Shown: piece after piece, positions 40,170-52,858 of the stretch
How positions within the stretch are numbered: the stretch's first letter is position 1
Layout: each line of letters starts with the position of its first letter
DNA from: Octopus sinensis
Lineage: Eukaryota
Assembly (NCBI RefSeq): GCF_006345805.1
Contig: NC_043003.1
Coordinates: 59,644,001-59,708,000 of the forward strand
DNA length: 64,000 nt
Direction of reading: 5' to 3'
Program-made: the position numbers and the translations under genes
Notes under the pieces: model-generated
The model's input: the letters and a program-made list of their open reading frames with translations, nothing else
The model's database searches: none
Told to the model about the DNA's origin: nothing

Positions 40170-41824
40170 CACAAAGTGTACAGACTATATATATATAATC
40201 ATACATATACACTTACATTCATACATAGACATATATTTACTACTATTTATGTATGCATGAAGTATGTTTCTATATATGCATATGTGTTCACTCACGCACA
40301 CACACACACACACTCACACGTATACACACTCACATTTATTTATTTATTAGTCCCCGAGACGCGTAATCTTACAAAGGGAGCGCCAGGAATCATGTTTTGG
40401 TCAACAATTTCTCATAAAGCCCAAAGAATGAACCATCCGATCTTTGATGCTGGAAATTCAATATGGAAGTTCTGACTAAACCACGCTACATCCGTTTGAT
40501 GTCTCGGGGTCGCTTTATAAATATACAAATAATAGGCTTGAATGTACACGTGTGTACTGTTTTTCAATTTATCTTTCTGAATATTTGTGTATCCATCGAG
40601 CTATCCAGGTATCTGTCTGTCTGTCTGTCTCTCCCTCTCTCTCTCTCTCTCTCCGTTCTCCCTCTTTCTTCCTGTTACCCATCTCTCTCGCTCTCTTTTT
40701 TACACGTACACAAGTTCACCCTCGATTTATTTGTTCTTGCATGTATATACATGTATATATGTATTTATAATATATATCACAGATATGTATATACACATAC
40801 ATGTGTAAACGCATATATTTGTGAATAAGCATATGTCCGTATACACTCGTGTATAAATATGTGTGTGTTTATGGAAATATATACAAAACTATATAGATAT
40901 CTGTGTATATATATATGCATATATATATGTATATATATACACACATACATACACATATACACACGTGCATACACACGCACACATATACACACATATATAC
41001 ATACATGTATTATATATATACACACACATGAGTAAATATATAACATATATGTATGTGCATGTGTGCGTGTCTGTATACATTCCTGTCTGCGCGTGCACGT
41101 GCGTGCATTTCTGTGTGTATGGTACTTCCTTAAATGTATGGACGAGTGTATTTTTGTTGGAGTAGACCTAATCTAGCACTAGACATCTCCAACACGCCAC
41201 CACCGCCATCATCGACGTTGACTGATGATCGATATCAGCCCACCATGACAAACGACAATAATAAAAACAACAACAACTACAACAGCAGCAACAAAGCTGG
41301 GTGTATTCAGAAGGGTTTAAATAGCTGGTCTACTTGCTCTACTTGCCAGAAATGACGGCCAGACATGCCTCTCAAATAACTGCAAACATAATGTATTTAA
41401 AATTATTGTCCTTCATAACAATTCTTTTCTTAGGTATAACAAATAAACGCGATGCTCACGACTGGAAGGCCTTTTTCAAAATATGTATTTCCTCGATGGA
41501 AGAAATCCTTGATCTAAACGGCAACACAACCAAAGTCTATTGCTCAATATTTCTTAAACAAATACAAGATACAATGAAAAGAAAAAAAAATTTTTGAAAG
41601 TGAACGTTATAGTCAATAGTTTCAGTAATGGGTTGTATCCAATATTGGAAAATAAAGAAACGAATAAAGATAATAAATAATAAATAATTAACAAATAAGT
41701 AAAAATCGACACCGAGACACCAACGATCATTACTTTGGCAACGACAATAATGATGATGGTGGCTATGATGATGAAGATGTCAACGGCGGTGGTGATCTCA
41801 ACGAAGATGACAATAACGACGTCG

Positions 41825-41842
41825 ACGAGAATACCGATGACG

Positions 41843-41913
<71 letters not shown>

Positions 41914-42056
41914 CATTATTATTATTATTATTGTTATTACGTTTCATCCTTTCAGGGTCGATAAAATAATTGAGCAGAGAGATCGATTACATCGAGGTCT
42001 ATTACATCGACCCTTCTCTCTATACTTCTGGCATTGTGCTAATACTAGAATGGGCA

Positions 42057-42104
<48 letters not shown>

Positions 42105-42156
42105 GTTGTTGTTGTTGTTGTTGTTGTTGTTCTTGTTGTTATTATTACTATTATTA

Positions 42157-42187
<31 letters not shown>

Positions 42188-42200
42188 TATTATTATTATC
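41825..42200. repeat. (TTA)n/(TTG)n tracts flanking a SINE family A 3' fragment (41937-42058)
   Basis: Direct; tttcatcctttcagggtcgataaaataa lies inside. Confidence 0.85.
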
Positions 42201-42342
42201 ATACTTATCTTAATTTCCCATTCTCTCCCCTTCTACCCCTTATCTCTTACGTAAACGTCCACACAAGTTTTAATTTGTCCTTGTAATGCCCTCACCTCAT
42301 CTGATGACCCTCTGGCAATAAAATAATATGTCATTATTATTA

Positions 42343-42375
<33 letters not shown>

Positions 42376-42599
42376 GACATGGCCTGGGACAATAATGGCG
42401 AAAACTTGAATTATATAATTTATCTAAGTTGTTGCTATTATTATTATTATTATTATAAGGAGGTTTTAGTCATGTTGTTGTTGCTGCTGCTGTTGGTTGA
42501 GATAGTAGAGCTACCACCGTTGCCAGCGGTAACCATAGTGTTAACATCGACATTATCGAAAATTAAGAAAAAAACCAAAAAGATTGGTGACAGCAATTA

Positions 42600-42635
<36 letters not shown>

Positions 42636-43201
42636 TAGGAGGAGGAGGAGGAGGTAGTGGTGGTGGTTGCACTGGATGTCTCTGCGATTATAATGGCGAG
42701 GGTGGCGGCGGATGTAGAGTTGGCGGTGGTGCAGAATAATGCAGGTGTCTGTCAGCTTTGCGGTCGCTTTGCCAAAGCCGGCGAGATTGACTTTTCAAAA
42801 GGAAATATATGCAGTGTGCTTTCACGACTTAAGAAGTTGCAGCATATTGTGGTCACAGTTGTTCAATGATTAGTGGCGATGAATTCTGAGAGGTTCGAAA
42901 TCCCAAAGGATTTAACGTTCATTTATTGAGTATCTGCCAGCACCATTACCGCTATCACCACCATTATCAACATCATTATTACTAATATTAACACAACTAT
43001 ATAACTTAATGCTTCTTCGCTATTCCCACGCAAAGGGGTGGGTGATTGATGTTGCATCCTTTTGTATTGTCTAAGTTAAATGCTTGGAAAGGAGGAAATA
43101 AAAAAGGTGAAAACAATTCTTTAAAAATCATCTGTGAATATAGCAGTATACATAAAATCATAAATTTATACACTCATATACATATATATTCATGTGTAGT
43201 T

Positions 43202-43249
<48 letters not shown>

Positions 43250-43257
43250 GATAGATA

Positions 43258-43450
43258 GGTAGCCACTACACACATTTTTTTCTCTCCTTGTTTCTCTCAT
43301 TGTTTTTTTCTGTGTCCCTTTCTGTAGAAGAGCGTAGGCTCGAAACGTAAAAGACTTTTTCTATTCCTGAGCGTCTTACTAATACATCTTTTGTTTTGTA
43401 CACCACCTGTTTTCGTCTTTTGTATTTTTTTTTCGTGAACTCTCTCCCTA
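43258..43450 (+). mobile_element. Penelope-like terminal repeat
   Basis: Homologous to 18170-18350; carries the best-preserved hammerhead-like motif. Confidence 0.7.
43318..43353 (+). ncRNA. Candidate minimal type I hammerhead ribozyme (variant core)
   Basis: CTTT-CTGTAGA-A-GAGC-gtag-GCTC-GAA-ACGT-A-AAAG: stem I CUUU/AAAG, stem II, palindromic stem III ACGU, GUA triplet; A6 position is U; activity untested. Confidence 0.55.
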
Positions 43451-43855
43451 TATATATAAATTTACAGAATGAGATAAAAATGCAAGGCTGTGAAAGATTT
43501 CAGAACATTTATAAATAGGTCTTACAGCTGTTTCCAGGATATTTTATATATCCCTTCATCGGAGATAAGATATCTAGATAAGATATGAAATAGAGAGTGA
43601 AGTGGAGGAATGGAAATAGACGTGATATATGCAGGGATATTGTATCTGTAGTTCCGTTATTTAGGTGGAATGGTATATATATAAGATTCCTGTACCTTGT
43701 AAGTTCCAATAGTATGTAAAATTGGTTATTCCAAGCATATAGTTTGTAAACGGTGTTATTAAATGGAGGTCAATAAGACCTTTGTGTCCTATTGACACCA
43801 TTACCTCTCATAACATCTCTCTGTTTCTGTCTCTGTCTCTCTCTCTTTCTCTCTC

Positions 43856-43898
<43 letters not shown>

Positions 43899-44900
43899 CT
43901 GCCCAACAGGAGTAATTTTAGATCAAAATAGCCATCTGTGTATCATATTAGATGCAGATGCCAAAAGCCAAATTAACTGCGGTATTTGTTCAGACATAAT
44001 ATCTCTTATAGAGGTATGTGTTTGAAAACACCAAGATACATCAATAATAGACGTAAACCTTGTAGTGGCAGCGGTGACAATGCTAGGTGTACGTTTCTGC
44101 CTAGTTGAGGCTTGTTAGCGGTATGTACGCGTTGCGAACAGCATGCTAAAACAATCAGTTGTTTCATTCATCATTTTCTTTATAGCCTTCACCGCTTATT
44201 TACGACATTTATATATCTGCTCAAAAGGTTTCTAAGTGAAACTAACAAATTGTATTTTTAAATATTTGTTAGAAGACAATCTTTATCGACAACTTAACTT
44301 GAATGTTGTGTCAGAACACTGAATAATGCGTGTTTATGACTCCCTCTTTCACTCTCTCTCTATCATATATATATATATATATATATATATTACACAGCCA
44401 TACACACATACAAAGACACGCACCTGCACAGCTCATATATGCCTCTACTCAAGCCATGTATTTACGCAATTTATCTTTTCTATGTGCATGCATCATACAT
44501 TTCGTTCATGACACTTAACTACTGTTCATACAAAAGGAAAACGCATGATTAACTGATGTAATTCTTAGTTATTCTAAATAAAATCAATACATTCGTATGT
44601 CATTTTAACTCTCAATCTTTCATCCGCACCCTCTGACTGTCTTTCTCTCTTTCTCTCTCTCTTTTACACTTTTTTTTCTTGCTCGCATAAACACACACAC
44701 GTTCTAATTTCTTTTCTATGTAACCTCTACGCCTTTCTCTGTTTACTTCCCTATTGCCTTACAAGGAAGATATTCCTGACAAGTTCTCGCCCTCAAATTA
44801 ACATAGCCTTCATCTAAAATAGAATGCAATAGGAACTTCAGCTGCAGCAGATATGGAACCATTTTGTGAGATAAGCAAGAGCAACAGTAACAACAACAAC

Positions 44901-45306
44901 AATCATTTCTGATATAGGCAGAAAACTTGAAATTTGGGGGAAGGGATCTAATCACTTAATTGACCTCAGTACTTAACGGGTACTTTATGTTATCGATCCC
45001 GAAAGGATGAACAGTTAAGTTAAACTTGACAAGATTTGAACTCAGAACCATTTGAAGTATCACTACGCATTTTCTCTGACCGGCTAATAGTTCTGCAGGC
45101 CAACCTTCCTAATAATGCTATTGAACGAAACCCACAATTTTTAAAAGATGAGGATTAGTAAACGCCATCGAACTGTACTTCATTCTTTTAACCTCTGAAG
45201 GATGAAGAGGAACGTTATCCCAAAGAGAATTTGAACTCAGACTATAAACAGCCAGGAGAATTAACACTACACATTTTGTCGAATGCTCTAGTGATTCTAC
45301 CACTTC
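44901..45306 (-). mobile_element. Two adjacent decayed SINE family A monomers
   Basis: atcgatcccgaaaggatgaa..atttgaactcagaac (44901-45108); gaaggatgaag..aatttgaactcagac (45173-45306). Confidence 0.6.
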
Positions 45307-47382
45307 GACAAGAAATAAGGTCATGACAAGCAAAGGCCTATGATTTGGTTTCGAATGACATTTATAGCAAAGATCTGAGGAAAGAGATACATGTATTTAA
45401 GGGGATCTCCTGTTCTTCTTCTAATAATCTAGTATTTTAAAATCTGCTGAGGAAGAAACCAGAATGTACTTTCAAACTAGAAAGTATAATAGTTATTTAG
45501 ACAACATGACCCCAGATACCGCTGTGGAGTTACGATATTTTCTTTGTAAACCCACGCTTCAAGGTACAAACTCAAGAGCAATGGTTTTAACGTATTTGAT
45601 AGCCAAAAAGATGCACTAGTATATCAGACACACTTCGATTTCAGCAGCTCATAATCAAGGAATAAATCTTTTAGAGTACCAAAGCATATAGTTTTGGACC
45701 AGCTTCGCATATGAGAACCGGAATACTGTTTTCACAGATTTTTCTTGAGAAAAACGGGCATATTACATGATATCAAATACGGTATTTTGCATTCAAAAAT
45801 GGCCTGGACTTGACAAATAACTTGAAAGTGCATTTGCTCGTCGGTCTCCGAGAGGAGCATTCAATTGTCCGTCCAACTGAATCCCTATCTAATTACACAC
45901 ACATACACATGCGCGAATATGTATATCAGTTAATTGCAAGAGAAGCAATATTAGATTAAAATAGTTATCTGTGTCTCATTTTAAATGCACATACGTCGAG
46001 AAAAGCAAAGTAACCGAGGTATACATCTAGAGGCAATACCTTTTGTGGATGCAATGTGTTTAAAAACACAAATACGTCAGTTTTAGATTTTAAAAATTAT
46101 TCAGCAGTAGCAGCAGTGTAAATGCTAGATAAGTATTTCTGCCTCATTGAACTTCGTCAGTACCATATACTTATTGCCTACCGCATGCTAAGAAAAATTC
46201 CGTTGCTGCTCATATAAGAAAACAGTGATTGATTAATCATTGGTGTAGATAAAAAATAGCCAAATGAATAAGAAGTACGTGTCGTAAGTACAGCGTCTAG
46301 AAAAAAACTGTATAAAAGATCGTCGGATGGATTGTATTTGTGATTTAAATTACACACTTGTTACAAATTGCTACACGTTGGTTTCACCTGAGAAATAAGT
46401 TAAGGCTACACCTAAAGATATATAAACTTTTACATTTAGGTGGATCGATACAGCTAGAGGAACAAACACCATTCATAAAGTCAATAGAATTCGAACGTAA
46501 TAAAGTATCGGTGACATTTTCATACGACACTACAGCTTTTATCAAGTCTACCAACCTGAAAATTAAATATGTAGTATGTTTCTCAAACCCTTCATTAATA
46601 TATATATATATGTTTCTCTTCATAGTATTATCTGAAATGTTGAGAAACAAAAGAAAAGAATATACATATAGGTAATGATGTTAAAATTCAAGATTATATT
46701 TTAAATATTCATTGAAGATTTTTGCGAAGATTTTCTAAAATTATTTGAACATTATCCTACAAATTTTCATTGTTTGAACTTCTCAGAGAGAAAGCAACTA
46801 GAAAAAAGATCTCGAAATACATTACAAGACTAATAATGATAAATATATATATAAGAATAAATCTTCAAATTTATATAATATATTGCAATTACTCATACCA
46901 CAAAGAGATGAAGGAATCTCAAGTATACACCCGCGAATAATAAATAAGTAGTATTATAAAGTTTTAGAAAAATTAGCAACAGCTTTTAATCAAACTGTTT
47001 TAAAATATGCAAGGTCAGATGAGATGCCCGTACAAACAACATGCCACTACCATTAAAAATGATCTGAGAGTGAAATATATTTAGGTATAAACAAACACAC
47101 ACAGATATATAGATGATTCATATGAAGACAGTGATTGTGATATGTATGTGTGGCTACATGAATAAATATATATACATACGAAAATGCTTACATATACGTG
47201 AGTAGGTATATACATGTACAAGTATATATGTATACATACATGTATACATACACACACAAATATATACACACACATATATATACACATATATAAATATTCT
47301 CACATGCCATTTTATATTAGTGCAAAAATAGAAATAAATAAAAGGATATAGGTCTAAATAGATATGTATGCATATAAATATT

Positions 47383-47427
<45 letters not shown>

Positions 47428-47459
47428 TTATTTATTTATTTATATATATATATATATAG

Positions 47460-47492
<33 letters not shown>

Positions 47493-47855
47493 ATATATAC
47501 GTGTGTGTAGGACTACGTGTTTCATATGTCAGATATATGTACACATAACTGAGTGGGGATGAATGATCACACACACAAACACACACACACACAATACTTA
47601 TATATACATACATATATACTGATATATATTTATATTCTGTGTGTGCGTGCCTTTATTGAGACATCTCTGAATCACACCCATCGTCATTTTCTTTGTATAA
47701 AGAAGCTGAAGCATTATGCCGAGGCAAATGAAGTTCTACATAAAACATATGCAAGAAAACGCTTACAGGAAAACAGCGAGAAGTATATATATATATACAC
47801 ACACATATCAGATACGTACGCATACATACATACATAGATACATACATAGATACAT

Positions 47856-47918
<63 letters not shown>

Positions 47919-48370
47919 GTATACACACATACATATATACATAGTCATCCAGGATGAATATTCAGGGACACATGCATACAATATATACATAGAGAGGGAA
48001 ATATATTATACACACACAGATATATGTATATATCAATATAATTACATATAAATGCATATCTATATACATACGTTGTATAAATATAAGCATATATATATAT
48101 AAATATATTCATACATACACTTATCTAAACATGTAATTATATATATGTTAATACATACAAAAGCTACATATATGTACAGATATATGAATATCTATATATA
48201 TATATCTATACACATATATAATACATACATACATATATACATATATGTATATAGAGATGTATATATATACATATATATATATAAGATATATACATATCTA
48301 TATGTATTCTCCGAACTTTCAGAACAAGAGAGAAGGAGACACTGATGGTCCTGATATATACATATCTATA

Positions 48371-49050
48371 TGGATTCTCCGAACTTTCAGAACAAGAGAG
48401 AAGGAGACACTGATGGTCCTATGGAAAACATTTGTCCTCAGCCGCTTGGACTACTGCTCCCAACTTTGGTCACCACACAATATAAAACAAACAGCAGAAC
48501 TCGAAGCAACTCAGAGAAGCTACACAAAGAAAATCGTCTCAATGCAAAATGTCAGCTACTGGGAAAGACTGAAGGTATTAAACCTCTTCTCCCTGGAGCG
48601 GAGGCGGGAGAGATATGCAGTGATATACATCTGGAAAATCCTGGAGGGTTCTTGTCCCAAACTTTGGCATTCAAAGTTACTCCAACCGCAGAACGGGGCG
48701 CCGCTGCGTGGTGCCAAGGATTCCAATATCACCATCAAAATACAGGTCCAGATACTGCAACAGCTCGGGTTTCAGAGGACCACAGCTCTTTAACATCCTC
48801 CCTAAATGCCTGAGAGACTTACATGGTGTGGATGTGGGTTTCTTTAAAACTAAACTGGATCTCTTCTTGTTGGGAGTCCCAGATGAACCTACCTCACGAC
48901 AGGAGACACGGATGCGGGCAGCAGCATCGAACTCCCTTGTTGATCAAGTGCCACGTATCAGAGGTGGATTCACAAACTAGTGTAGCTCATTCAGCGGTGG
49001 TGCCCCAGCATGGCCGCGGCCTTCGGGCTAAAACATTTTTTTTTTTTTTT
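48371..49050 (+). mobile_element. 5'-truncated CR1-group LINE (ORF2 C-terminus plus 3' UTR), frameshifted
   Basis: WILRTFRTREKETLMVLWKTFVLSRLDYCSQLWSPH..LEATQRSYTKKI..SYWERLKVLNLFSLERRRERYAVIYIWKIL, then after a frameshift FRGPQLFNILPKCLR..FKTKLDLFL..NSLVDQ (stop 48978-48980); typical CR1/L2-group post-RT region. Confidence 0.9.
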
Positions 49051-49140
49051 AAGGATATATATATACATACATATATACATATATATATATACATATACTT
49101 ATATGCATATATATATATATATAGATATGTATACCACACA

Positions 49141-49205
<65 letters not shown>

Positions 49206-49206
49206 A

Positions 49207-49263
49207 ATGGCCACAGCTCATGAGCTGAAACTGGAAAAATCAAAAAATCAAAATCAAAATCAA
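49207..49263 (+). mobile_element. Isolated LINE/SINE 3'-tail insertion
   Basis: atggccacagctcatgagctgaaact followed by (caaaat)n, flanked by (TA)n. Confidence 0.6.
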
Positions 49264-49505
49264 TATATATATATATATATATATATACTAAGCAATAAAG
49301 GGTTTAGCAACGAATTGCCTTACCACATACCGAATTTAGAAATAGCAGTCAAAGAGTTATAGCTATTTCTTCTACTAAAAAGGGAGATCTCAGTAAACGT
49401 ATGCCTTAGTTTTTCTCCATGTGATGAATAAAAATTTATTGTTATTTAGCTACCTACATATAAAGCTGTACATAAATGTTTTAATCAAAGAAATAGGTTA
49501 CCATG

Positions 49506-49590
<85 letters not shown>

Positions 49591-49681
49591 ATCTATCCAT
49601 ATATATATAATGTATATATAGTATATATACACATATACATGCATGTATACATACACATATCTACATACATACACACACACA

Positions 49682-49713
<32 letters not shown>

Positions 49714-49862
49714 CATATATATATACATATATATATATGTATATATATATATACATACATATATATATATATATGCACACACACACTTATATTTATATAT
49801 GCACATCAATATATGTCTGTTCTTAAAATTGTTGGAATACGTATATACACACATTCATATAC

Positions 49863-49979
<117 letters not shown>

Positions 49980-50724
49980 ACACATACATATATATATATA
50001 TAATGGAGTTTGATTGAGAATAAGATAGAGACATGGATAGAAAGGAGAACTGGATAGCTAAGGATGTTACATCGACGGAAATTACATTCTTTCCTTTCTT
50101 CTTTCCTTCTCCCTTTTCTTCATTCATTCTTTCGGTCATCCTTTCTTTCCACCTATTCTTTCAACTCCTTTTTCTTCATTGTATCCTTCAGTCTTACTCG
50201 CCTTTCTTTTTCCTTCTATACAGAATTTGTCACTACAGATACATATATTAAAGGGAAAGGAAAAAAATATGCACTATTGCTAACAAAGAAATTTACATCA
50301 AAGTCTATGCAAACTATATTTCCATTATATTATGCTTGAATCTAGAATAGTGTCTACTTGTCTGTTATTATGTGGTGATATATTAAAGAACTGTGTTATG
50401 TAAAATATACAGGCTCGCATACATAGTCATAAACAAGCAAGCATAAGCACATATACAAATTCATATATGCAAACATATCCCAAACACATGGCCTCAATAT
50501 ATATATATATACATATATATATACATATATATATATATATAATATACACTCACACACATATATATGTACACTCACAAACACACACATATATATATATATA
50601 TGCGTGTGTGTGTGTGTGTGTATACTATAAATATACAGGTATACATACTTATATACATATATATATATATATGTGTGTATATATAATATATATAATATTT
50701 ATATATTCATACATATGCTTATAC

Positions 50725-50789
<65 letters not shown>

Positions 50790-50982
50790 ATAAATATATA
50801 CACGAACACATACATACTCATATATATTCCTTCATAGAAACAAATTAGTGCAAGTTTTCTATTATTTGTAGGTCACAAATATACAAATGTACACAAATTT
50901 GTATTTCGTATAGGCATATACATACATATGTGTATGTGTGTGTATACACACACACACGCACACACACACACAGACACACACG

Positions 50983-51042
<60 letters not shown>

Positions 51043-51270
51043 CTCACATGCATATATGGGTATGTATATCAATGTGTATAGAATTGCAGATGCATACCTA
51101 TATGCATAAATTCATATATAAAGAAATTCATAAACAGATAAATCATTTATGAATGGATAGAGATATTCATGCAAGCCACTGGAAATAAGCGGTTTATTGA
51201 TTAGAAAATACATATTTTTACACTTATGAAAAGGTCTATGCATCTGTATGTGTATCTCTGTGTGTTTGTT

Positions 51271-51331
<61 letters not shown>

Positions 51332-51722
51332 GTGTGTCCATGTGAGAGAATGAAAGATTTTGTGTTTGTGAGAGTGCGGAAGACAGAATGAAAGAGAAAA
51401 ATAGACACAAAAGGAGACACTGTATGTCAGTGATTTTATATGGACAAGTTCTCTATGTTTCCATAAGTACATACATTCATACATACATACATATATACAT
51501 ACATACGTATGAGTGTGTGTGTGTGTGTTTGTATGTGTGTGTGTATGTACTCATGTACAAATATGTATATGGGAATGCATGTATGGATGTGTACATTCCT
51601 TTGTATTCATACACATGCATATATATATATATATCACATATAACGTGTACCTATGTGGAATATTAAACTTATATTTGTGTGTTTTTATAACTTTCTCTCT
51701 CTCACACATACACACACAGATA

Positions 51723-51755
<33 letters not shown>

Positions 51756-52593
51756 ACTCACACACACACACATATATATATATATATAATACATGCACAT
51801 GCATGCATATTATACATACATACTTACATACAGGCAAATATTCATTGCTGTTATGTGAGAGTGAATGTGCACACGTCAACGAGATTATGTCTGTGCATAT
51901 CTTTGTACTTTAGTGTTGATATGCATGTGTATTTGCTGTGGACTATACATATGTACTGGCTCCTATATGCATATGTGTATTTCGGATCAGTGTCTTCTTG
52001 CATATATCTGCAAGCATGCATATGCTCAATTTGTCATGTGTACGAATTTAAATATGCATAAAAATATAAACTTATTTTTTGCTACATATCAATACAGAAT
52101 AACGATATTTAGTAATTAAAGTAAAAAATAATATGGAAATATTTTAATAAAGTAAAATTTTTAGAATAAATGTGTATATATGTATATTTTCATATATATA
52201 TATTTATTTTATCTATATATGTGTGTATATACACATGTATACATGTGTATCCATTCACACACATATATATACACGTACACGTGTGAGCGTGTTTTTCTAC
52301 TGATGAAGTTGTTTAACCTACATTAGATGTTAACCATCATATCTAAATCCCAATGCTTTCGGATCGCTAATACAATTTCTTACGCTTTGTCATTTTATAA
52401 CGTATCCTTCTTTTTGGTGCGGTTGGGGCGACGTTGGAAAGTTTGGAAAGCATGGCATAAAATTTGAGGTTGTTTGGGTTACTATTTCTAGGAGAAAGAC
52501 CTGGCGTGTATTTGCTCCATTCCTTCCTTACACGTATTCCTTTAGATTGTAATGTTATTAAAAAATTTCTCTCTCGGTCTCTGTATGTATGTG

Positions 52594-52625
<32 letters not shown>

Positions 52626-52654
52626 ATATTAAAAGATTCCTCTCTCGGTCTCTG

Positions 52655-52696
<42 letters not shown>

Positions 52697-52757
52697 TATA
52701 TATATATATACACACATGTACATGTATATGTATATATATATATATATCTATATACAC

Positions 52758-52788
<31 letters not shown>

Positions 52789-52809
52789 GATATACATATA
52801 TATATATAG

Positions 52810-52858
<49 letters not shown>

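Noticed and set aside
40365-40480. Exon candidate between TA tracts (ORF end VPETRNLTKGAPGIMFW..; minus-strand GTAAGA donor)
   Set aside because: All three frames of the minus-strand exon contain stops, and the plus-strand peptide is unrecognisable
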